From positions 1 through 24,066 of IMG/VR virus record IMGVR_UViG_3300020399_000009: DNA of 24,066 nt; one strand, given 5' to 3'. This stretch comes from a virus. Its lineage: Duplodnaviria > Caudoviricetes. The notes beneath the pieces were generated by a model. The model was not told the DNA's origin, searched no databases, and was given only the letters and a program-made list of their open reading frames with translations. Positions 1 through 7,652 of this stretch are shown one piece after another (position 1 is the first letter of the stretch; every line of letters starts with the position of its first letter). A program made the position numbers and the translations under genes.

Positions 1-11
1 ACCCCCCCTGC

Positions 12-48
12 TAACGGCTTGCTTATTATACAGCAAGCCGTTATTTTT
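12..48 (+). terminator. Perfect 12-bp hairpin with T-tract (intrinsic terminator and/or operator)
   Basis: TAACGGCTTGCT (12-23) / AGCAAGCCGTTA (32-43), 8-nt loop, followed by TTTTT. Confidence 0.65.
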
Positions 49-49
49 G
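19..49 (+). promoter_or_regulatory. Bacteroidota sigma-A type promoter for ORF 57..380
   Basis: TTG (19-21), 20-nt spacer, TATTTTTG (42-49) matching TAnnTTTG; ATG lies 7 nt downstream. Confidence 0.5.
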
Positions 50-56
50 TTACTAG

Positions 57-380
57 ATGAAAGGGCAATACTCACTTTACGATAATCTTATATTTCAGCC
101 TATTGAGCCGGCGCACAGCAAGCCTAATTTAGCACGCCGCGCAGATGCGATCGCGCACCGGTATTATTACTACGGTTCTATATGCCGTATGCTGTATGAA
201 GATTGCCTACATCACTTGCATTTAGAATTCTTCCTTGAGCCAGACACGATCTACAACGAACTCAAAAAACGAACTGCCCTGGTTAATCGCCTTGTTGATG
301 CGCGTACACCGGTTGCAGAGCTGCGCAAGCAATACCCGCATTTTGACTGGTCTGGGCGCGTGAATTTACCCGGCGTCTAG
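57..380 (+). CDS. Putative Mor/C-like helix-turn-helix late transcription regulator
   Basis: 107 aa; RYYYY...YEDCLHHLHLEFFLEPDTIYNEL resembles the small HTH proteins at the early/late boundary of Mu-like phages; function inferred from position. Confidence 0.5.
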   Translation: MKGQYSLYDNLIFQPIEPAHSKPNLARRADAIAHRYYYYGSICRMLYEDCLHHLHLEFFLEPDTIYNELKKRTALVNRLVDARTPVAELRKQYPHFDWSGRVNLPGV

Positions 381-806
381 CGCAGAGCTGTCTCGGTATT
401 GCGTGGTGAAAACAAGCTCTAGCACGGTAAATTGATCAGGTCTTTTTTGCTTTCGCTTGCCTACACACTCCAGCGCGTTAATTTGCCCATTGCTCCAACC
501 TTGCAAGGCTTTATAGACCGCTTCCTCCACATCATAATAAAACAGGCTTTTTTCGCGTGCAGCTTCAGGAGTGACGGCATTGGTGTTGCCTCTCCAGTCT
601 AAGCAAATGGCCACAGTGATCTGGGCGTTACATTCCTGTATCTTTAAGTTCAGATTTTGCCGCCGGGGTTCTTGAATGTCTATCAGCGTCGCCGGGAATA
701 GAATAGGCGGTTTCTCATAATTCATTTGCCCTTTGTCTTCATCAGCCCATTTGATCACATCAAGGGCTTGCAGACGATCTGTAAGGTCTATAAATAGCGT
801 TTTCAT
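366..806 (-). CDS. Mu gp37-like tail terminator / tail completion protein
   Basis: 146 aa; WADEDKGQM..PPILFPATLID and VYKALQGW patterns; coupled to the upstream gene by an ATGA overlap. Confidence 0.65.
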   Translation of the reverse strand: MKTLFIDLTDRLQALDVIKWADEDKGQMNYEKPPILFPATLIDIQEPRRQNLNLKIQECNAQITVAICLDWRGNTNAVTPEAAREKSLFYYDVEEAVYKALQGWSNGQINALECVGKRKQKRPDQFTVLELVFTTQYRDSSALDAG

Positions 807-1312
807 CGATTGTTGTAAAATGCCGTAAGGCGGTTAATAATAGCTTGATTGAGATACTTAGAATTGCCCATAAAGCGTCGCTCAGGCATCTTGTAATTTA
901 CGGTACGCGTATGCGCCTTGATCTGTACCCGTTTTCCTTTACCCATAAAGTTGCGGTTAGTATAACTCTTTACGTTGCGTATGCCGGTGATGCGTAATCC
1001 TTCATTATGCACACGTGCGTAGGGAGCTTTAGTATTACCGGCTGAGATTACCACCCGGGTTGCATTGATTTCGCTGGGGCGAATGGAGTTCATTAAATCA
1101 CCGGTTCTGGTAAGAATACGCCCTTTACCTCGGGTTTTGGTGGCTGCGTATTTGGGGTTAAGCGTTTCCCAAGGCACACCGTCCCACTCCTGCGTATTGA
1201 AACGCTCTTTAAAGAACTCGACAGCAGTATCTGATACTATTGTAGGCACGGCAGCATCAAAACGATGCTCAAAACGTGAAAACCAGTCGTTTAATTGCTT
1301 TTGATAGTTCAT
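803..1312 (-). CDS. Phage virion morphogenesis protein (Mu gpG / tail completion S family)
   Basis: ILTRTGDLMNSI, PYARVHNEG and MPERRFMG motifs. Confidence 0.88.
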   Translation of the reverse strand: MNYQKQLNDWFSRFEHRFDAAVPTIVSDTAVEFFKERFNTQEWDGVPWETLNPKYAATKTRGKGRILTRTGDLMNSIRPSEINATRVVISAGNTKAPYARVHNEGLRITGIRNVKSYTNRNFMGKGKRVQIKAHTRTVNYKMPERRFMGNSKYLNQAIINRLTAFYNNR

Positions 1313-1326
1313 TTACTGTATCTTTG
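1295..1326 (+). promoter_or_regulatory. Bacteroidota-type promoter firing antisense to the packaging operon
   Basis: TATCTTTG at 1319-1326 (TAnnTTTG) with TTG at 1295-1297 (21-nt spacer). Confidence 0.55.
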
Positions 1327-1332
1327 TAGTAA

Positions 1333-1458
1333 GTTGATGATGACGGTAAAGGGGCGGCCAACACCTAGCAGGTGACGGGGGCGGCCTACGGCTGATAGGG
1401 ACGGCGTCATCTGATATTAACCTGCATCTATAACCCCGCTCTTGTAGCGGGGTTTTAC
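1333..1458 (+). ncRNA. Putative structured small RNA convergent with the portal-MuF-nuclease gene
   Basis: Upstream promoter box and downstream + strand terminator; closing helix GTTGAT/ATTAAC plus GATGACG/CGTCATC; inner hairpins; G-rich. Confidence 0.5.
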
Positions 1459-1463
1459 TTTTT
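1432..1463 (+). terminator. Intrinsic terminator (+ strand)
   Basis: AACCCCGCT-cttgt-AGCGGGGTT followed by TTACTTTTT; no T-tract on the - strand side. Confidence 0.75.
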
Positions 1464-4106
1464 ATACACCAGCAGCCCGTTGCGGTGTTTGTTTAAGATT
1501 GTTCTTTTTTCGGTTAGCTCGTACCACGTAAGCAGCTCCATTGTTCCGTTTTTGATCGATGCCCTTACTGTGATTGTTTTATCAAGAAAGTATGAGATGT
1601 ACACCATCTCGCCCAGCTCTGCACCATTTAACCAAACCTCGTGTGGGGCTGTAAGCGTCTGGCCTAAAGCTTCAAGTAAACGCACTCGTTCTGCACGCCT
1701 TTTGGTATGCCGTTTAAAATTACCCTCTTTCACTTGTAGCGGCCGTTTGTGATAGTCTTTAATCACGCGTAGGTCATTAAGGCTTTCTAACTGGTCAAAG
1801 AATTCAGCAGCTGTGCCCTCATAAGTCTTTGTAGCTTCGGTGGCTTGCTTTTTGGCATTGCTGTAGCTGTCAAGACCCCAGTCTGCCGGTTTAAGCGTGT
1901 TGATCATTTTTGCAGCTTTCCCGGGAAACTTATGTACATACTGCTGGTTTGCGGTAAACACTTCTCCAGTTGCCGCACGGTTAACACCCCAACCTTGTAA
2001 TGCTTCGCTTTTAAACTGCTTGGAGTTTAGGTAGGCGTCAGCACGTTTGCGGGAAGCCCTCAGCTCTTCTTGAGTCACCTCGTTTTTTAAACGGGGCACA
2101 ATGTAGCAGCGGCAGTTCCATCCATTAGGCGGGAATAGCTTATCCCAGCGCTTATCATTAGAAGGTAAAACGAGACCGTTAAGGGCAGCGTGCTCTGGTC
2201 TTACCAGATGATCACCTGCGGTTTTATACTTCCAGTACGGGTATAGTTCTGTTTGCTTAATAAGCCTGTTATACGTTGCCGCAGCTTCTCCGGTAAGTAC
2301 CGCACTGGTGTACTCTGTCTCTAACCAGTTTTTATTAAAGACGCCTAAGCGCTCTTTAGCCATCTGGTAAAATTCTCTAAAGCTGGTAGCCTTTTTAAAT
2401 AGTTCGTTTAACTCGTACACCTCTGCTAAGGTTTTTGCTCCACTAAATCTAAATAAATTTTGCTCAAATGCAGTGAGCAGCGCAGGATCATCTATCCCAT
2501 ACACAAAGCCCGGCGCGTCTGCTAAAGTAATAGTGTTGGCTTTATCCCAAGCTTCTTTAAATCCCTTAAACAACGTGCTTGCTGTATAGTAAAAGAGCGC
2601 AGCATCAAAACTTACCTTCCCTTTTTGCTCCCATATACGATTGATCAACCCATCATTATCAAAGCCTTCAAGCGCTGCCAGATTGATCGTGTGGTGATGA
2701 CCACAGCTGGCTGTTGCCCCGGTCGTCTCCGCCGGGGCTTTTGAAAAAAAAGGTAAAAAGCGTTTAAGCCAGTTCAAGAACCCCCGATCAAGTTGCTCCT
2801 TGGTTTCCTCATCAGAAAGCGAAAGGTTCACCGCATCGGGATCTTCTTTTTTGTTAGCCTTTTTTGCCCCGGGTTTCGGTACCGGTGGCTTTTGTTCCTT
2901 CTGCTGAGCCTTAAGGCTATCGTAGTTCTCAGGCTTTGGCACGTCAAAAGTCTCGTAAAAGAAATCATCGTCAATGGGCAGTCCTAACTCTTTACGCATA
3001 GACTTGTACATCTCATAACTTTCCTTAACTGTGAGTTCCTGACTTTCGCCCTGAATGATAAAGCGACCACCTTGAGTATCAAACCCGGCACTTTGCAGGA
3101 TGCGTATAAAACGTGAGTTTAACACCCGTCTAACGTAGTTTAAATCGGTCTCGTGCTTGCTTTCGTCCTGCTCCTGATGGGTTTTACTCTGCGCATAGCC
3201 AGAGCTGGAGCTGCTCTCGGTAGTCTCGGTGGTACCAATTAAAGCCTTTGATATTTCGGCATTGAGAAAGCGCAAAAAGTTACCGTGCGCATCGCCCGTG
3301 GCATTGACGTTATTCTCTTTGATGTCGATGGTGGTTCCATCGGGTCGTATGATGGTACCGCCTGCGCCAATTTCCTGTAAAGCCTGCTGAAGCTGCACGC
3401 GTTGCTTCTCATCAAAGCCGTTCCACATTGCGTCGATCAAAGGATTCCCAAACGTCTGAATAAAGGCCGCATAATCGCCCAGCCCGCCACGTTTTAAAAT
3501 AGCGTATGGCGAGGCCTTCATATACAAGCCTAAATCTTTGATCTTGCCGACCTCCATAATGGTTTTGGCATAGATGCCTTCACGAATATTAACCCCCTCC
3601 TCGCTGTAGCTGTCATAACTCAGTATACCATTCTCAGGCCGGTAATTGAGACGCGGCAAAAGTCCGGCGTCCATTTCCCAGCTGCCGTCCTGATCTTGCC
3701 AAAAGGTGGGTTCCATCATAGAATAGCCCCAAAACTTTGCGTTCATAATCTCATCGAGCAGGTCGTCAAAACCAACGGAGTCAATTAGATCATTAACCGT
3801 ATCAACCGGCGTCCCTTCCTTATCTACAAATTGCCAGTTGGCTGCTTTGATAGGATCGCGACGCTTTCCGGTCACCGCCTCGACGTGACCGTCAAGGTCA
3901 ACATCGGCATAGAGGTTATACAATAGGCTGCGCCGTGGGATTTGAGATTCTGCGCTTTGAATTGCGCGCCTCCAGTTAGGGATGTCTTGCTCCGTACGAT
4001 TGTAAGGTCGTACCTCAATCTTGTGCAAAACTATCTGATCAGGAGCGCCAGCCGGTTTGGTAACCTTTGTCTTGGTTATTCGTTTATTAGATACTTTTCG
4101 TGCCAT
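1455..4106 (-). CDS. Portal protein (Mu gp29/DUF935-like) fused to MuF (gp30) head morphogenesis domain and a C-terminal PBECR-type nuclease-fold domain
   Basis: N-term DLDGHVEAVTGKRR, AKFWGYS, FIQTFGNP, NAEISKALIG, SGYAQSKTHQE (portal); YKTAGDHLVRPEH...PPNGWNCRC (MuF); TLTAPHEVW...VYISYF...LLTWY...RNGLLVY (PBECR2-like). Confidence 0.85.
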   Translation of the reverse strand: MARKVSNKRITKTKVTKPAGAPDQIVLHKIEVRPYNRTEQDIPNWRRAIQSAESQIPRRSLLYNLYADVDLDGHVEAVTGKRRDPIKAANWQFVDKEGTPVDTVNDLIDSVGFDDLLDEIMNAKFWGYSMMEPTFWQDQDGSWEMDAGLLPRLNYRPENGILSYDSYSEEGVNIREGIYAKTIMEVGKIKDLGLYMKASPYAILKRGGLGDYAAFIQTFGNPLIDAMWNGFDEKQRVQLQQALQEIGAGGTIIRPDGTTIDIKENNVNATGDAHGNFLRFLNAEISKALIGTTETTESSSSSGYAQSKTHQEQDESKHETDLNYVRRVLNSRFIRILQSAGFDTQGGRFIIQGESQELTVKESYEMYKSMRKELGLPIDDDFFYETFDVPKPENYDSLKAQQKEQKPPVPKPGAKKANKKEDPDAVNLSLSDEETKEQLDRGFLNWLKRFLPFFSKAPAETTGATASCGHHHTINLAALEGFDNDGLINRIWEQKGKVSFDAALFYYTASTLFKGFKEAWDKANTITLADAPGFVYGIDDPALLTAFEQNLFRFSGAKTLAEVYELNELFKKATSFREFYQMAKERLGVFNKNWLETEYTSAVLTGEAAATYNRLIKQTELYPYWKYKTAGDHLVRPEHAALNGLVLPSNDKRWDKLFPPNGWNCRCYIVPRLKNEVTQEELRASRKRADAYLNSKQFKSEALQGWGVNRAATGEVFTANQQYVHKFPGKAAKMINTLKPADWGLDSYSNAKKQATEATKTYEGTAAEFFDQLESLNDLRVIKDYHKRPLQVKEGNFKRHTKRRAERVRLLEALGQTLTAPHEVWLNGAELGEMVYISYFLDKTITVRASIKNGTMELLTWYELTEKRTILNKHRNGLLVYKK
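2716..2751 (-). promoter_or_regulatory. Candidate programmed -1 ribosomal frameshift signal in the portal/MuF linker
   Basis: - strand CCT TTT TTT TCA AAA then GCCCCGG-CG-GAGA-CG-A-CCGGGGC: in-frame heptamer, 6-nt spacer, GC hairpin. Confidence 0.65.
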
Positions 4107-4133
4107 TTAAATGCGTTTTAATCGGTGTTTAAA
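4106..4133. repeat. Three TTTAA motifs phased at exactly 11 bp
   Basis: TTTAA starts at 4106, 4117 and 4128. Confidence 0.6.
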
Positions 4134-4541
4134 TTACCAGCGGGTATTGCGCTTAGGCGCGCTGCTAACGTGAAATAGTTGGTCTGCGCTTTCTTCAATT
4201 GCAGGCGGCCAGTTGCGCGGTACCACCTTGCCACTTTGTATGTCTTTTAACCAACTTATAGCCTCATCGCGGCGTGTCTTGCGCAGCTCCATATCGGTTG
4301 CCGGATTACCAAGTATAATAAAGTGCCAAGCGGCTAAATCTTTAACGGCCACGAGCAGCATACTGTCGCGCTCATCGTCCTGCCGGGCAAAAAGCGTATC
4401 TATATCGTACCGACTTAAATAGCCCATTGCCTGAGCTTCAGCGGCAGCCATAGCATCGTTTAGTATATCCTGATCCCCGCGGTCTACTGCATTGAGCAGC
4501 TCGGAGTAGAGCGTAGTCTTAAAATCGTCACGTGTTACCAT
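4134..4541 (-). CDS. Mu gp36-like (DUF1320) head-tail connector protein
   Basis: 135 aa; AMGYLSRYD, VKDLAAWH, RRDEAISWLKDIQSGK. Confidence 0.85.
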   Translation of the reverse strand: MVTRDDFKTTLYSELLNAVDRGDQDILNDAMAAAEAQAMGYLSRYDIDTLFARQDDERDSMLLVAVKDLAAWHFIILGNPATDMELRKTRRDEAISWLKDIQSGKVVPRNWPPAIEESADQLFHVSSAPKRNTRW

Positions 4542-6040
4542 CGTTTGTTGTTTGTGCGCCTTCCGGCATTAGTTTGTATTTGGCTGGTGTCAGAGCTGAC
4601 CTTGTGATCAATAAATACTGCCCCGCCTTCCACAGCATCCGGAGCATCATCATGAGCTTTACTAGTTGGTGAAAGTGCGAGAAACTGGTCTTCTGTATTG
4701 GTCATATGCTTACTGTCTTTAAGCCTTTCTTCAAACCACAACTTTTCGTTACGGTTAAGCGGTTCCAGTTTCGATTCAATACGGTAGAATTTGTCTGGTT
4801 TATCCCGTGGATCAGGCATTAATGGAAGGGTTAATTTGTGCCTTTCATTTGCCTTTTTGATCTCAAGCTTTAAGGTGTCATCGATCCACGGCCACTCAAT
4901 CACAAAATACACCGGCACTTTACCGTTTACATCCTTAATGATCTCATACTGCCAGTCGAGCATTTGTGCCGTCGTAGTTTGATCGCAATACATTTTCCGC
5001 ACGTGGTATTCATCCTGCCATTTACCAATAAGACAGGTGGCTTTATAGTCATTCTTTTTTCCGCTTTTATAGGAGGGGTCTGTATAGGCCACAAGGAATT
5101 TGTACTGACTAAGAGGCGGTAACTTTTTATAGTTGAGCTGCTGGAAGACTTTGCCCTTTGTAATAGGGTTATTGTAATACTCCTGCTGGATGGCAAAATA
5201 ACTTAGAGGCTTTAACGCCCGATCAATCATTTCTTCAGTATTCTTTTGAGGCCATGTAGATTTACCGTTCTTGTCTCTAATGTTTACAATCTCTGCGTGG
5301 TCTGCAATTTTGATCGCTCTAACCATACAGCAATCTTTTGCAATGATGTTACCATTAAAGATCATTAGCAACGGTACCGATATGGAACGCGTGGCATAAA
5401 AAGCCCTTTCTAACCATTCCCAATCCTGCTCAACACGATCAGGATTACGGCAGCTTTCGTCGGTGTCATAATCATCGACTATTAACAGATCAGGTCTTAC
5501 TTCCTCCTCACGACTACCACGGGGGTTACCACCTTTACCGATGGCGCGCATCGAAAATCCCTTTTTAGAAACAAAGCGTGATGTTGCCCAGTCTCCGTGT
5601 TTAACTTGATTACCATAATCATTTATGATACGCTGGTTTTTCTCCAGATTGAGCTTGTACGGTTTCGCCAAAAGGTCTGCTGCATCTTGTGTTGCACTTA
5701 CTAAAAACGCAGACTTCTTTTTCCCCGTTAGAAATAGTTTAAGGGCTTCCATCATTGTACGTCCTGACTTTGACAACTCTCTCGACCACGGTCTGGCTTC
5801 AATATGTTCGGGATTCTCCATTACACGCTTTGTACTTCGCTTGTGGAAGTTTGCAGGCTCTGAGGTATAATATTTTGAAAAGTAGTACCTAAACCAAGCT
5901 TCGTGGTCGGCTTCCAGAGCTTCAATGCGTTTGCGCTTTTCCCGTTCGGTTTCGTTGGATGCCACAGGAGCGTCCCGGTTCATATCTTCAATGAACTCGT
6001 CCCAGTCTATTAAAGCGCGTTTTTCGGCTGGTTTTAACAT
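4535..6040 (-). CDS. terL: Terminase large subunit
   Basis: Walker A variant WSRELSKS, RG..RPDLLIVDDYD Walker B, nuclease motifs YTDPS and HDDAPDA. Confidence 0.9.
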   Translation of the reverse strand: MLKPAEKRALIDWDEFIEDMNRDAPVASNETEREKRKRIEALEADHEAWFRYYFSKYYTSEPANFHKRSTKRVMENPEHIEARPWSRELSKSGRTMMEALKLFLTGKKKSAFLVSATQDAADLLAKPYKLNLEKNQRIINDYGNQVKHGDWATSRFVSKKGFSMRAIGKGGNPRGSREEEVRPDLLIVDDYDTDESCRNPDRVEQDWEWLERAFYATRSISVPLLMIFNGNIIAKDCCMVRAIKIADHAEIVNIRDKNGKSTWPQKNTEEMIDRALKPLSYFAIQQEYYNNPITKGKVFQQLNYKKLPPLSQYKFLVAYTDPSYKSGKKNDYKATCLIGKWQDEYHVRKMYCDQTTTAQMLDWQYEIIKDVNGKVPVYFVIEWPWIDDTLKLEIKKANERHKLTLPLMPDPRDKPDKFYRIESKLEPLNRNEKLWFEERLKDSKHMTNTEDQFLALSPTSKAHDDAPDAVEGGAVFIDHKVSSDTSQIQTNAGRRTNNKRW

Positions 6041-6489
6041 TAGTTAATTAGTGATTTAATGAAACTGTCTGCAAGGCTTGAAATCTCTTTTGCCTTTTGA
6101 TAATCGTCTTCACGTATGTAAATCGCGAAGCGCTTCATTACCTCGATCACGTCTGCCACAGACATGTCGGTTTCTAGTTGGCGTATAGTTGCTGAGTATT
6201 TAACAAGAGCATCTGCCTCCTTACTATTTGCAAACTGTTCTCCATCTGGTTTGCTTTCAATGTGATCATTTAGTGCTGTTAGTTGACGATATACACGGTA
6301 TAGCTCACTTTCTTTAGTAATGATCACATTTGCCCGCCGCGTTTCCCAACCTTCCTCTTTAACCCATTTGTTCATGGTCACGGCAGAAACCCCAACCCGG
6401 TCGGCAAGTTCCTTTTGTACCGTTACGCCCTCAACTGTATAAAGCAGCTTGGCGTAGTCCTTTTTGCGCTGTATGGCTTCTTTTTTCAT
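6040..6489 (-). CDS. terS: Putative terminase small subunit (Mu gp27/DUF1804-like, N-terminal HTH)
   Basis: QKELADRVGVSAVTMNKWVKEEGW HTH; TAATG coupling to terL; ATG at 6489 preferred over TTG at 6504. Confidence 0.8.
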   Translation of the reverse strand: MKKEAIQRKKDYAKLLYTVEGVTVQKELADRVGVSAVTMNKWVKEEGWETRRANVIITKESELYRVYRQLTALNDHIESKPDGEQFANSKEADALVKYSATIRQLETDMSVADVIEVMKRFAIYIREDDYQKAKEISSLADSFIKSLIN

Positions 6490-6659
6490 AGGCCAAAGGT
6501 GCAAGCATCCACGCCAAAAAAGAATTTGTCTTTTGTAGCGCCACCTCTTGCAGGGGGCAGCGTACCCACTTACCGGGGGGTATTACCAAGCTGCATTTTT
6601 TTAGCCCTCGATACCAAACCATCTTTGACCCATCAAAATGCAACAAGCAGCAGGCAACT
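6490..6659. promoter_or_regulatory. Divergent late control region
   Basis: Only large gap between the two divergent operons; CACCTTTG (- strand, 6501-6494) and CATCTTTG (+ strand, 6620-6627), each with an upstream T-tract. Confidence 0.55.
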
Positions 6660-7652
6660 ATGAAAAAGAGTACGAGACGATTCCCAATTAGTACCGAGGC
6701 AAAAAACAGCAACGGTTTCCGCGTACGTACCGCAGGGATCAACTTAGCAGATTTTAAAACCAATCCGCTCTTATTGTGGATGCATATACGACCCAAGGGC
6801 GAAAAGGCTGACGAAATCTTACCACTAGGATATTGGGAGGATATCGAATTAAAAGATGGTCAGATTACCGGCGTGCCTGTATTTGACGACACCGACGATT
6901 TCGCAATGAAAATCTTTAAAAAGGTTGAAAACGGAACGATCAAAATGGCTAGCGCTGGGCTTTTACCTCTTGAATTTGTCGAAGTAGACGGTGAAAAGTG
7001 GCTCGAAAAATCAGTGCTTAAAGAGGCTTCCATGTGCGATATAGGCTCTAATAGTGAATCTGTTGCTGTAGTGCTTTACAACGAAGCCGACGAGCTTGTA
7101 AAGCTTTCTGAAGTACTTACAAATCTTAATCAAAACACCGAAATACCTATGAAACTTATTCAATTAACCGCGCCTACAATGGCGCTGCTTAAACTGTCTG
7201 ACGGTGCCACCGAGACCGATGCGCATACCGCAATCGCAGAGCTGGTAACACTGAGCCAAACCCAAGGCACTCAGATCAAAACCTTAGAGAGCGAAAAGGA
7301 AGCAATACAGCTGAAGCTTGACGAGGCTGAGAATGCCGGCAAAGACGCTAAGATCATCGCACTTGTTGACAAAGCCGTTGAAGATCGTAAGATCACTGCC
7401 GATCAAAAAGAGGGAATGATCAAACTGGCTAATGCTGACTTTGACGCGGCAAAAGCACATTTGGATTCAATTCCATCAACCCCAACCGCTTCAAGCCAAA
7501 TGAAGACCGACGCACCCGCCGGTGATGAGCTTATGAAGTTGACCTATTCAGAGCTTGACAAAGCTGGGAAACTGGAAACCTTAAAAGAGAAAAACCTTGA
7601 GGGTTTCAAAGCCAAATTTAAAGAGCAGTTTGGCGTGGATTACAAGCTCTAA
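6660..7652 (+). CDS. Prohead protease with C-terminal scaffolding domain (Mu gpI/Z-like)
   Basis: NPLLLWMH, PLGYWED, GTIKMASAG, LKEASMCDIGSN protease motifs; C-terminal half helical/coiled-coil. Confidence 0.88.
   Translation: MKKSTRRFPISTEAKNSNGFRVRTAGINLADFKTNPLLLWMHIRPKGEKADEILPLGYWEDIELKDGQITGVPVFDDTDDFAMKIFKKVENGTIKMASAGLLPLEFVEVDGEKWLEKSVLKEASMCDIGSNSESVAVVLYNEADELVKLSEVLTNLNQNTEIPMKLIQLTAPTMALLKLSDGATETDAHTAIAELVTLSQTQGTQIKTLESEKEAIQLKLDEAENAGKDAKIIALVDKAVEDRKITADQKEGMIKLANADFDAAKAHLDSIPSTPTASSQMKTDAPAGDELMKLTYSELDKAGKLETLKEKNLEGFKAKFKEQFGVDYKL
7149..7652 (+). CDS. Putative internally initiated scaffolding protein (Mu gpZ-like)
   Basis: In-frame ATG (Met164) preceded by A-rich AAATCTTAATCAAAACACCGAAATACCT resembling the start regions of other genes here. 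Confidence 0.55.
   Translation: MKLIQLTAPTMALLKLSDGATETDAHTAIAELVTLSQTQGTQIKTLESEKEAIQLKLDEAENAGKDAKIIALVDKAVEDRKITADQKEGMIKLANADFDAAKAHLDSIPSTPTASSQMKTDAPAGDELMKLTYSELDKAGKLETLKEKNLEGFKAKFKEQFGVDYKL

Noticed and set aside
1333-1421. tRNA gene interpretation of the structured segment
   Set aside because: No T-loop GTTC, no D-loop consensus, and the 7-nt loop lacks U33; at most a loose mimic.
4134-4560. TerL and gp36-like protein both end in basic ...RW
   Set aside because: Too short to distinguish from chance, and the TerL end is constrained by gene overlap.
6415-6796. ORFs 6415..6663 (+) and 6431..6796 (-) spanning the divergent region
   Set aside because: They overlap real genes in antisense and cross the control region; no recognisable motifs.
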